Below are positions 10,112-18,829 of a DNA stretch of 64,000 bases, in pieces (position 1 is the first letter of the stretch; each line of letters begins with the position of its first letter). The notes below the pieces were generated by a model. That model made no database searches. It was given only the letters and a program-made list of their open reading frames with translations, and was not told the DNA's origin. The DNA is from a virus, in the IMG/VR virus record IMGVR_UViG_3300027896_005310, positions 6,305 through 70,304 of that record; one strand, written 5' to 3'. The position numbers and the translations under genes are program-made.

Positions 10112-10363
10112 TTAAGCAATATCATCAGGAGGATCATCGTCTCTTCTTAATTTTTTAAGAGCTTTCGCCTCAATTTGACGAATTCTTTCTTTGCTTACAA
10201 AAAAATCTTTTTCTATCTCATTAAAAGTTGCATCTTTGTTAGAATCCATTCCAAATCTTCTTCGTAAGACTTCTTTTTCTCTTGATGTAAGAGAATTTAA
10301 AACTTTAAGTGTTTTTTCAGATAATTTTATATTTAATAAATTATCATTGTCTTTTTCTGACAT
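10112..10363 (-). CDS. stand-alone sigma70 region 4 protein
   Basis: LTSREKEVLRRRFG...VSKERIRQIEAKALKKLR closely matches RpoD region 4; no regions 1-3. Confidence 0.85.
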   Translation of the reverse strand: MSEKDNDNLLNIKLSEKTLKVLNSLTSREKEVLRRRFGMDSNKDATFNEIEKDFFVSKERIRQIEAKALKKLRRDDDPPDDIA

Positions 10364-10373
10364 TTTTTTCCTT

Positions 10374-10925
10374 TTAAAGGATTTGAAGTTTTCCAGAAAG
10401 TAATTGATTTATAATTGTATCAAATCTAGTAGTAAATATTTTATGTAACTTTGTTTTTAAGATAGAAGTTTGTTTTATTTGTTCTTTGGTAAGTTTATAT
10501 TTATTTTCTAAAAATTCTAACTGATTTATTAATCCATAAGCTTTTTCAGAAATAACTTCTAAATGACTCATTAAATTTTGCTTAAATAATTTAATTTCTT
10601 CCTTCAAATCTTCATCTTGTTCCAAAGCTTTAAGAGATTTAAATTCTTTTACAATTTCCACCCATTGTTCTGAATGATATTGCATATAAGCATTAAAATT
10701 TTCAATATATCTTTCAGCAGCTGATAAAATATTTAAAATTAATCTATCTTTTATAAAAATTTCATCAGCAGAAAGTTTTCTCACTATAATATGAGTTAAT
10801 TTTTTTAAATCTGATAAAAAATCCTCAAAAAAAATATGTATTTTTTCTCTTTTATTAGCATTTCCTTTTAAAAATTTAGATACCACTCTGTCTAGCCTAT
10901 TCACTATAATCCTTTTTTTAAACAT
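10374..10925 (-). CDS. hypothetical helical protein
   Basis: 183-aa ORF; N-terminal LDRVVSKFL motif. Confidence 0.5.
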   Translation of the reverse strand: MFKKRIIVNRLDRVVSKFLKGNANKREKIHIFFEDFLSDLKKLTHIIVRKLSADEIFIKDRLILNILSAAERYIENFNAYMQYHSEQWVEIVKEFKSLKALEQDEDLKEEIKLFKQNLMSHLEVISEKAYGLINQLEFLENKYKLTKEQIKQTSILKTKLHKIFTTRFDTIINQLLSGKLQIL

Positions 10926-11034
10926 ACTTAGCTATTATACATAATAACACAAGTCAATATTAAATACAAGGAATTTTAAAAATTTTATTAATTTTATTGA
11001 TAAATATTTGAAATTATATGTAAATAAACAAATT

Positions 11035-12831
11035 TTATTTCCCCAAAAGTGTGATCTGTACTCTTCTATTTGAAGCTCTACCTTGAGAAGTATTATTTGA
11101 AGCAACAGGATTTTCTGATCCCAATCCTTCTATTTTAAATCTATCATTTGGAAAGTTATCGGGAGCTTGTCTTTGTAAAAATGTCTTTATTGCAGTAGCT
11201 CTAGCTAAAGACAATGGAATATTTACCTTCTGCTCATTGCCAGTATTATCAGTATACCCCACCACCTTAATAAATAAATCTGTAATAGCAAAATTATCCT
11301 TCAGATTCATCAACTGTTTCACACCCGATGAAGTAAGAGTAGCTTTTCCCGTCTCAAAATTAATGTTATAGTTTCTTTCTGAAATTACTGCTCCTTTAGC
11401 ATTTTCTGCATATTGTGGAGCTTCTGCAGCTGATCCAGCATCATTCATTACTGCTTGCGCACCTGTAATATAAGATTTGTCCTCTATCTCTTTTACGTCT
11501 GGAATTGGAGTATCTTTGAAAAGAGAGGGATATTGTTGGATAGCAATATTAGCAAAAAGAGTGTAAGTAGATCTAAAATTATCATTTGATCCGGGCATCA
11601 AACCAAATAAAATAAGATTATCAGCAAGATTATTTGCAAAAGATCCCCCTAAAGACACTTTATTTCCTTGCTTATCTGTCTCTACTACTCCCTTATAATA
11701 TTTATACCAATAAGCTCCGTCTTGATCTTTATAAAGTTTGGCGGAAATATCTCCTGCTTTTTTAAGAGATTGATCAAATGCTTTCACTTGGTCTCCACCC
11801 TCAAAAATTGCTGCTAACATTTGAGTAACCTCTGCTTTATTAGCTTCAAAAAAAGCTCTAGATCCAACAATAACTGCGGGCATCTGTGACTTATACTCTT
11901 TAGATGATACTATTTTTACTAATCCACCTTTCTGTTGTACTACTACTACATCTCCCGGAGTCCAAGTTACTGTAGCGTTTACACACACTTTTTTAGTATC
12001 TCCAGTAAGATGCCCATCTTTAATTACTTTTCTTTCTTCACATTTTCCTGCTACATAATCAGTAGCTGCTACATTGTAATCTGAAGAATTAATCCAATTT
12101 ATAGCATCGGGGTCATAAGTCTTCTCATCTGGATTATTGGAAATTGCATTATCCGCTGCCCATTTCATAGCAATATTCCAATCCCCATCTCTTAATACCC
12201 CTGAAACTAATAAACCCTTTGCTTTAGAAGGATCAGTTTTAACTTCAGGAGGAGCCATAAAAGCATCTTCTCCTCTACTATATCCAACAGCTCCAATTAC
12301 TATAAGTTTATATTGATCCCCTAATTTTTGTAATTGGGGATTTACAGCAGCAGCAAATTGTCCACTTCCATCTCCCATAATCACTACAAAATTAGCTCCA
12401 TTAGAGCATTGCTTAGCTCCATCTTTAATCTCTTTAGCACAAGCAATTAAATCTTCTTGCATCTTATTAGTGTCGTCTTGACGATAAAGAAAAAGATTTA
12501 CATTTCTTTTTTCCATCAAAGAATTTTTAGTAGTAGCTGCTCCTCCATTAGCAAAAATCATACCCATTTGAGCATTCCATTCCCAAATAGCTCCTCTAAT
12601 AAGAGTAGTTGAAACTTCTGCTTCTTTAGTAGTGGGTCCTGCTACTGGAGCTACATTTTGTACTAAAGCATCTTTTACATCAGGCAAATTAGCTTTTTCA
12701 GGAATAAGTGCTTTCATTATTCCGACTGAGGGAATAAACCCAGTTCTTAATCCAATCTTATAAATCCCAAATAATCCTACTATAATTACAAAAACAATGC
12801 ATAACTTTGCAAACGTAGTTAATTTCTTCAT
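11035..12831 (-). CDS. membrane-anchored substrate-binding protein with C-terminal OmpA-like domain
   Basis: N-terminal TM helix; PBP2-like middle region; C-terminal INFETGKATL..GYTDNTG..LSLARA..GRASNRRVQI OmpA_C motif. Confidence 0.85.
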   Translation of the reverse strand: MKKLTTFAKLCIVFVIIVGLFGIYKIGLRTGFIPSVGIMKALIPEKANLPDVKDALVQNVAPVAGPTTKEAEVSTTLIRGAIWEWNAQMGMIFANGGAATTKNSLMEKRNVNLFLYRQDDTNKMQEDLIACAKEIKDGAKQCSNGANFVVIMGDGSGQFAAAVNPQLQKLGDQYKLIVIGAVGYSRGEDAFMAPPEVKTDPSKAKGLLVSGVLRDGDWNIAMKWAADNAISNNPDEKTYDPDAINWINSSDYNVAATDYVAGKCEERKVIKDGHLTGDTKKVCVNATVTWTPGDVVVVQQKGGLVKIVSSKEYKSQMPAVIVGSRAFFEANKAEVTQMLAAIFEGGDQVKAFDQSLKKAGDISAKLYKDQDGAYWYKYYKGVVETDKQGNKVSLGGSFANNLADNLILFGLMPGSNDNFRSTYTLFANIAIQQYPSLFKDTPIPDVKEIEDKSYITGAQAVMNDAGSAAEAPQYAENAKGAVISERNYNINFETGKATLTSSGVKQLMNLKDNFAITDLFIKVVGYTDNTGNEQKVNIPLSLARATAIKTFLQRQAPDNFPNDRFKIEGLGSENPVASNNTSQGRASNRRVQITLLGK

Positions 12832-12856
12832 TATTTTCTCCTAATCTCCTATTAAT

Positions 12857-12896
12857 ATTATACGAATTTTAAAGCATTTTTCGTATGTTATGTCAA
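12857..12896 (-). promoter_or_regulatory. sigma70-like promoter elements overlapped by a palindromic operator
   Basis: TTGACA (12896-12891), TAAAAT 19 nt downstream, TATAAT (12862-12857); inverted repeat ATACGAA-N13-TTCGTAT at 12860-12886. Confidence 0.5.
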
Positions 12897-12921
12897 ATAA
12901 TATTCAGTATTCACGGAAAAT

Positions 12922-13120
12922 AGTATCAATTTTTCAGCTTTTTAAAAAATTTTTGAATAAAATTATTATGGAAAATTAAAAAATGCGGTAAAATATAGAC
13001 TTTTTACAAAAGACACAAATTCTCCCTGGTGTTGAATCTAAAATTTTATTTAAAAAAACAAAAGTCCTTATTTTTCAACGAATTTTAATTCAGTATCGAT
13101 TTTTCAGCTTTTTTAAAAAT
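12922..13120. repeat. imperfect 29-bp direct repeat, two copies 170 bp apart
   Basis: agtatcaatttttcagctttttaaaaaat (12922) and agtatcgatttttcagcttttttaaaaat (13092). Confidence 0.7.
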
Positions 13121-13133
13121 AATTATGAATTAT

Positions 13134-15092
13134 TTACAAATCGTAATAATTCTTAGCTAAAAAATTAGATAATGCATCAGAATAATTATATTCTAAAGAA
13201 TTTTTTAAATCTATTAATTTCAGATTAGGTAAAAAATCTGTTGCTATATTGAAAATATCCTCAGATAAGAGTTTCTTTTTATCTAACAACTCTTTAGTGA
13301 GAATTTTAAACAATTTGTAATTTTCATTAAGAATAGAAAATGCTTTCTTTTTTTGTTCTTTTAATATTTGCTCAATAATGGGGTCTGTATCTTCTAAATT
13401 GGTTAGGGTAGTCGTTAAAGGTTCTGTCTCTGGACCTATTCTTCCAATATACTCATCCATATTATGTGCTCTTACCATATTAGAAGCTAAAGAAGTAGCT
13501 ACAGTAATATCAGAACTAGATCCCGTTCCCGCATTACTTTCTCCAAAAACATATTCCTCCGCTACTTTACCTCCCAAACAAACTTGAATAAGCTTTAAAA
13601 TATATTCTTTTGTGTCTCTTATCTCATGAGGCACTACAAATCCTTCAGCAAAATTAACTGCATCACAACAAACTTGTCCAGGTACTGTGTTAAATAAATG
13701 CATATAAATTACAACATGCCCTATCTCATGAGCTGAAACTAAAGATAATACATTTTTATTTATTTTATTTTTTAATATCCCTATGTCTAATTGCACCTTT
13801 TTATAATATTTAAAGTCCCCATATTCACAAAGCAAACTACTACTCTCTTTGTGAAATGAAATATTTAGCTGAGTAACATTATCTTTAAATGCTTTTAACA
13901 AAAATTCTGGTAATGAATTTTCAATCAAATGTGTAATAGTACTAAATACAGGACGTACTCCTTGATTCGGAAATACTCCATTTTGATAAATAGTCTCATG
14001 TATATTGCTTGAAAAATTAACTTTTATATTAGATACTTTATAGAATTTGTTGACTACTTCAGCTAAGCATTTTTTTATTAAATCTTTAAAATTATTTTTA
14101 TTCAAAGAAGTATAAATAATATGATTATTACCCATTCTAGCAATTTGTTCAGGTTTAAATTTTTGAAGCAAAGATTTTTTAATGTCGATTATAGATATTT
14201 TTTTGGTTCTTTCATATAAAATATCCGCATCAGTATCTACTTCTGATACATCAGAGGACATATTATAGGCTTTATCTAAATTACCGCAAATAAAAATAAG
14301 CAAATTATTGTATTTTTTACAGCAACTATCTTTTTCTAAACTATCTAATTTTTCATATATAGCATCTATTTGTTCATCTAAAGAAAGTTGCATTATCTGT
14401 TCAATAGGTAAAGCACTTTCAGTAATCATCTTAAATTTATTAGCTGCCCAAACATAATTTTTAAATTTTTTATTAGCTTTTTTAGTAGGTTTAAGTGAAG
14501 GTGTGTTTTTTATCTTTTGCATAACAACATCACCAATTTCATCTACTTCTTTATCCTCATCTTCATCTTCATCATTTTGATCTTTTTCATATAATAATCC
14601 ATATAAAAAATTCTGTAATTCATATTTTTCTTGAAAAGCATCAGAAAAACTACCATCAGATAAAAGTTCCCAAATATCAGTATAACTATTATTTCGAATC
14701 ATTTCCCCTTTTTCCGTCAAACTACTAAATCTTTGTATTTCATCTAAAAGAAGAATAGCTTGTTTATTAGATGTAATATTTAATCCCGAAAGTTTTGACT
14801 GAATAGTCTCTCCCCTATCTTCTTTCGAAATTAATTGTATTTCAAGATAATTTTCTTTAAGAGATAACTTACTTACGAGTTTTCTTACTAGATCAGTTTT
14901 TCCTACTCCAGTCATTCCCCATAAATTTATAATTAAAGGATGTGTAAGTAATTCCGGAAAAGTATACCATACCTCAATTGAAGTAATTATTCTGTCTATA
15001 ATTAAATCTAATCCAACAAAATCTTTCTTTAAACTTTCTCCTACTTCTATTAACTTTTGTCTTTTACTTTCTATCGCATTGACATCAATCAC
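13134..15092 (-). CDS. soluble AAA+ ATPase fused to M41 (FtsH-type) metallopeptidase
   Basis: Walker A GMTGVGKT, Walker B LLLDE, HEIGH zinc motif, LGGKVAEE..TGSSSDI; no TM segments. Confidence 0.8.
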   Translation of the reverse strand: MIDVNAIESKRQKLIEVGESLKKDFVGLDLIIDRIITSIEVWYTFPELLTHPLIINLWGMTGVGKTDLVRKLVSKLSLKENYLEIQLISKEDRGETIQSKLSGLNITSNKQAILLLDEIQRFSSLTEKGEMIRNNSYTDIWELLSDGSFSDAFQEKYELQNFLYGLLYEKDQNDEDEDEDKEVDEIGDVVMQKIKNTPSLKPTKKANKKFKNYVWAANKFKMITESALPIEQIMQLSLDEQIDAIYEKLDSLEKDSCCKKYNNLLIFICGNLDKAYNMSSDVSEVDTDADILYERTKKISIIDIKKSLLQKFKPEQIARMGNNHIIYTSLNKNNFKDLIKKCLAEVVNKFYKVSNIKVNFSSNIHETIYQNGVFPNQGVRPVFSTITHLIENSLPEFLLKAFKDNVTQLNISFHKESSSLLCEYGDFKYYKKVQLDIGILKNKINKNVLSLVSAHEIGHVVIYMHLFNTVPGQVCCDAVNFAEGFVVPHEIRDTKEYILKLIQVCLGGKVAEEYVFGESNAGTGSSSDITVATSLASNMVRAHNMDEYIGRIGPETEPLTTTLTNLEDTDPIIEQILKEQKKKAFSILNENYKLFKILTKELLDKKKLLSEDIFNIATDFLPNLKLIDLKNSLEYNYSDALSNFLAKNYYDL

Positions 15093-15562
15093 CCCTTCCC
15101 CCTAAATAAACAAAAATGTGTTTTAAAATATTTTTGGTATCTTTCCGTATCATCTATATGCAGTAGAATGCTCTCTCGAGCACAATAATCCCCTTTAGTA
15201 CGATCCCAAATCTCTTTGTCCATCCAAGGGTTGCCATTCTCGTCATAATTGATTTGCGTGCCATTTGTGACGTGATAATCCGCTATAGAAAATAAATGTG
15301 TAAATCTAATATTCCAAAGAGAAAGCTCTTTTAGAGCCTTCTCTTTGGGGGGACCTGTCAAAATATGTACTTCCCACCCCATAAAAATTAAATCTTGTGT
15401 AAGAATAGAGAAAAATTGAGGGTCTGCATCAATCACATGGTGTATGTCTATGCCTATTTTTTTAACAAAATGAAAAGTCTTTCTACAATCTTTTGTCTCA
15501 TAGATATATCCACAACCGTTCTCTATAGTGCATGTCTTACATAATTCTTTTTTAGGAATCAT
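15089..15562 (-). CDS. HAD-like hydrolase
   Basis: KIGIDIHHVID motif I-like, HILTG, LHIDD. Confidence 0.6.
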   Translation of the reverse strand: MIPKKELCKTCTIENGCGYIYETKDCRKTFHFVKKIGIDIHHVIDADPQFFSILTQDLIFMGWEVHILTGPPKEKALKELSLWNIRFTHLFSIADYHVTNGTQINYDENGNPWMDKEIWDRTKGDYCARESILLHIDDTERYQKYFKTHFCLFRGKG

Positions 15563-16059
15563 TTCTTATCAAATTTCTCCATATCTTTTTGATCCATTGC
15601 ATCTTCAACTTCTTTACAGGCTCCACAATTAAAACAGTCATTTAAATCTTCATCGGATAACTCTTCTTCATCGTCTAATAAATCTTCTCCATCTTTTTCT
15701 ATTATATCATCTTCCATTCCATCGTCATCATCTTCTTCAAATTCTTCAGTTTCATCATCATCTTCTTCAAATTCTTCAGTTTCATCATCAAATTCATCTT
15801 TATCTAAAATTCCTTGCTCACAACTCTTCTTTAGACACTCAGCATCACCACTTATAGCTATATAATGTGTATCAGCTTGATCAATTGTTAATTCTTTTCT
15901 ATTAAAATTTTTCACTAACTCATCTATTATGTCTGCTCCTGCTCTTAAAGACTTTGCCCAAGCTTTTAGTGCTTTTTTAGAATCTCCATCATTTATTTCT
16001 AAAAAATGATGCAAATCATCTCCCTGTTTATAGTGTATATTTAAAGTGTATATATCCAT
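15559..16059 (-). CDS. highly acidic protein
   Basis: D/E-rich C-terminal half with CxxCxxC; TTGATT-N17-TAAGAT promoter and AAGGAG RBS upstream. Confidence 0.65.
   Translation of the reverse strand: MDIYTLNIHYKQGDDLHHFLEINDGDSKKALKAWAKSLRAGADIIDELVKNFNRKELTIDQADTHYIAISGDAECLKKSCEQGILDKDEFDDETEEFEEDDDETEEFEEDDDDGMEDDIIEKDGEDLLDDEEELSDEDLNDCFNCGACKEVEDAMDQKDMEKFDKK
15731..15790. repeat. perfect 30-bp tandem duplication in the acidic tail
   Basis: tcttcttcaaattcttcagtttcatcatca twice, encoding DDETEEFEED repeats. Confidence 0.9.
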
Positions 16060-16169
16060 AATATTCTCCTTTATTTAATTAACATTTAGAGATATCTTAA
16101 ATAAAAGAAATAAAAAAATCAAGAAATTTATTCAAAAAATTTTAGACAAAGCATCTAGTTTTAATTAAA

Positions 16170-16292
16170 CTAAATGCTTCTGCTGAGAGCTAAAAACCGA
16201 GAGTAAAATCGACTGAGATTTGAGATCGCAATTAGGCGGACTAAAGCAGAAAAGGTGTGTCCTATGGATACGCTATTAGTTCTAGAAATCAT
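16170..16292 (-). CDS. 40-aa Ser/Arg-rich peptide, below the ORF-track cutoff
   Basis: GGAGG RBS 8 nt before ATG; MISRTNSVSIGHTFSALVRLIAISNLSRFYSRFLALSRSI; TGTATAAT upstream; hairpin over the stop codon. Confidence 0.55.
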   Translation of the reverse strand: MISRTNSVSIGHTFSALVRLIAISNLSRFYSRFLALSRSI

Positions 16293-16425
16293 TGTCTGTT
16301 TCCTCCATTTAATACTAGTTCTATGGTAGGTCTTTCGTAGATTTCTTAAAAAGTCCTAATTAGGATTTCAAAGGGACTAATTCTCCCTCTGTTTTTATTA
16401 TACAAATTAAATTAATAAAATATAA

Positions 16426-16599
16426 TCATTTATAATTTTTAGTTTCTTTTTCTCTTCTTTCAATCTCATTTTTAAATTTTGTTAATAATTTCTGAAGATG
16501 CTCAGATTCTTCTTTGAATTCATTCTCTACAGAAGTTATCACTTTGACTAATAGTGGTAAATCTTTGTCAGCTAAAAACACTTTTGATCTCTTTTTCAT
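16426..16599 (-). CDS. 57-aa hypothetical protein
   Basis: AAGGA RBS; MKKRSKVFLADKDLPLLVKV...ETKNYK. Confidence 0.45.
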   Translation of the reverse strand: MKKRSKVFLADKDLPLLVKVITSVENEFKEESEHLQKLLTKFKNEIERREKETKNYK

Positions 16600-16678
16600 T
16601 TTTAATCCTTTTGAAAGATATAAATTTTTAAAATTTATTTAAGTTATTATATCTTTTATTTGCATTAAAATAAAAACA

Positions 16679-18826
16679 TTATTTTTTAATATAGAGCATA
16701 GTAGTATAATTTTTCAATTGATTTAAATATTTTTGTTCTGTTTTATTTTTACCTAAAACCATAACATATTTTCCCTTTAGTGGGATTTTAATTTTAGCTG
16801 ATTCGTTTAATATTTTTTTTTGCCAAATCTTCCATTTTAATATAATTTCAGAAGGTATTTTACTTAAATTTTTAAAACCATTTTCTTTAAACCAAACATC
16901 TTCAGTTTTAATATTATTTTCTTTTAACCATTTTTTTAAACCAGATGTTCTGCTTAAATATTGTCTAGAAAAAAAATCGCCCTCTTTAAAATAAGGATGT
17001 TGATAAATAGTGTCAGCTCCAAAATTGTTACCTAAATAATCAAAATTACATGCTTGATATATAATTCCTAATTCAGAAGCTTTTGGATCAGCATAGCCTA
17101 TAAAAAGTCTTTTATCTGTGTTTTTTACCATCCAATTTAAAGAAAACATAATAAAAGAACTACCTAAATTTTTAGGTGCCCAGGAAGCTGAACATCCTCT
17201 TTGTATTAAAGCTTCATATTTTTTTGTATCCTCTCCTAATAAAGTAGAATAAGCATTAGGTTCATTAATTAATACTACTCCCACAAGCATCTGTTGATAT
17301 CTAGCTGTAAAAGTCCATTTTACAGAATTTCCAACTTTTTGTAACCATTCATATTTTTCTACAAATGATCTAATTCCATCATTAAAATCTTCTATATTAT
17401 ATACTATATCTGTAATTTTAATTTTTTTATAATCAAAAGATAAATCTCGAATATCATTTTTAAAATCTTTATCTTTTATTATTTTTTGATGTGCTAAATC
17501 TATTAATTTGTAATCAAATAAAGGAAGAATATATTTGGATATTAAACTTTGAAATTTTAAAGCATTTTCATATAAAAAAGTAATTCGATTTTCTCTATTA
17601 AGTTCAAAATCAATATCCCATTTTGTTTTAAAAACTTCTTTAACTTTTTCCAAGTCTTCCTTTAAAAAAGATTCAGTACAAATAGTTAGTGTGTGCTGAT
17701 CATCTTTATAACCATCATCCATATACCAAATAGCTAAACCTCTAGCATCTAATTCTTTAACTACATTAGGATTTAAATATTTTTCATAATTAGTTTTATA
17801 AAATAAAGGATAAATGTCCGTAAAAATTTTATTTTGTATCGTTTTAAATACAACTGCTTTATAAATTTGATTATTTCTTTTATCTAAACGATCTACTATT
17901 TTAATTCCTGAATTTTGAGTATAATTTTTTAATAATTGATATTTATATTCTACATATTCTTTTTGTTTAAATCCATGTGCAATTTTTAATTGTGAATTAG
18001 AATGACTATGTCCTAAATAACTATCTCCCAAAATAGTACCATAAATCAATTGCTTTTGAGTTTCAGAAATATAATTTAAAGGCATATCATTTTTATCTAA
18101 TAAAATTTCTGAATACAAAGAATATCTAATTAAAGTTTTTTTAATAGCATCTGCGCTTACTCTAAATAAGATTGCTATTTCTTCGATTGATTTTTTTTGA
18201 TTTATATATAAATCTTCAATTTTAATTTTTTTTATATGCGCTCCATCTTCTCGTCTTAAAAATATATTAAATTTTCTTAAAGATTTATAAATAGCTGATA
18301 TACCTTTATTTAAAAATTTTGTTATTTCTAAAAGAGATAACTTTTTATTAACATATAAATCATATAATTCTACTTCTGTTATTTCAGAAAAATTTCTTTT
18401 TTGTTTTTCAATATTGTGAGCTGTTTTACTTTGATTTAATCCAGAAGTAGACATTCCTATAATTTTAGAAATTTCAATATCTTTCAAACCTTGATTTTTT
18501 AAAATTTGATATTCTTCAGGATTAAATTTAACTTTTCTAAAAGAAATATTAAATTGAGCTAATCTATTAGCTAAAGCAGATCTTGATATGTTTAATTCTT
18601 CAGCAGCTTCATCTATAGTTTTACCACTATTTGCATATTTTTGTAAAATTTCAGGAGTTATTTTTTCTAACTCTTCAAGAGTAATTCTATCCGTTTTAGC
18701 AAAAGATATGTCCAATTTTCTACAATATCTTTGTAAAGTAGATTTAGAAATAGCTAATTTTTTTGCTGCTTCTATTAAGGAATATTCATTTTTTAATTCA
18801 AGTATAATTTGTTTAGTGATTTCCAT
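16679..18826 (-). CDS. HTH repeats + LAGLIDADG endonuclease + C-terminal Mom-like (GNAT) DNA-modification domain
   Basis: LIYGTILGDS and LAIWYMDDG motifs; C-terminal FVEKYEWL...APKNLGS..FIGYADPKASELGIIYQACNFDYLG resembles the Mom family. Confidence 0.75.
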   Translation of the reverse strand: MEITKQIILELKNEYSLIEAAKKLAISKSTLQRYCRKLDISFAKTDRITLEELEKITPEILQKYANSGKTIDEAAEELNISRSALANRLAQFNISFRKVKFNPEEYQILKNQGLKDIEISKIIGMSTSGLNQSKTAHNIEKQKRNFSEITEVELYDLYVNKKLSLLEITKFLNKGISAIYKSLRKFNIFLRREDGAHIKKIKIEDLYINQKKSIEEIAILFRVSADAIKKTLIRYSLYSEILLDKNDMPLNYISETQKQLIYGTILGDSYLGHSHSNSQLKIAHGFKQKEYVEYKYQLLKNYTQNSGIKIVDRLDKRNNQIYKAVVFKTIQNKIFTDIYPLFYKTNYEKYLNPNVVKELDARGLAIWYMDDGYKDDQHTLTICTESFLKEDLEKVKEVFKTKWDIDFELNRENRITFLYENALKFQSLISKYILPLFDYKLIDLAHQKIIKDKDFKNDIRDLSFDYKKIKITDIVYNIEDFNDGIRSFVEKYEWLQKVGNSVKWTFTARYQQMLVGVVLINEPNAYSTLLGEDTKKYEALIQRGCSASWAPKNLGSSFIMFSLNWMVKNTDKRLFIGYADPKASELGIIYQACNFDYLGNNFGADTIYQHPYFKEGDFFSRQYLSRTSGLKKWLKENNIKTEDVWFKENGFKNLSKIPSEIILKWKIWQKKILNESAKIKIPLKGKYVMVLGKNKTEQKYLNQLKNYTTMLYIKK

Positions 18827-18829
18827 ATA

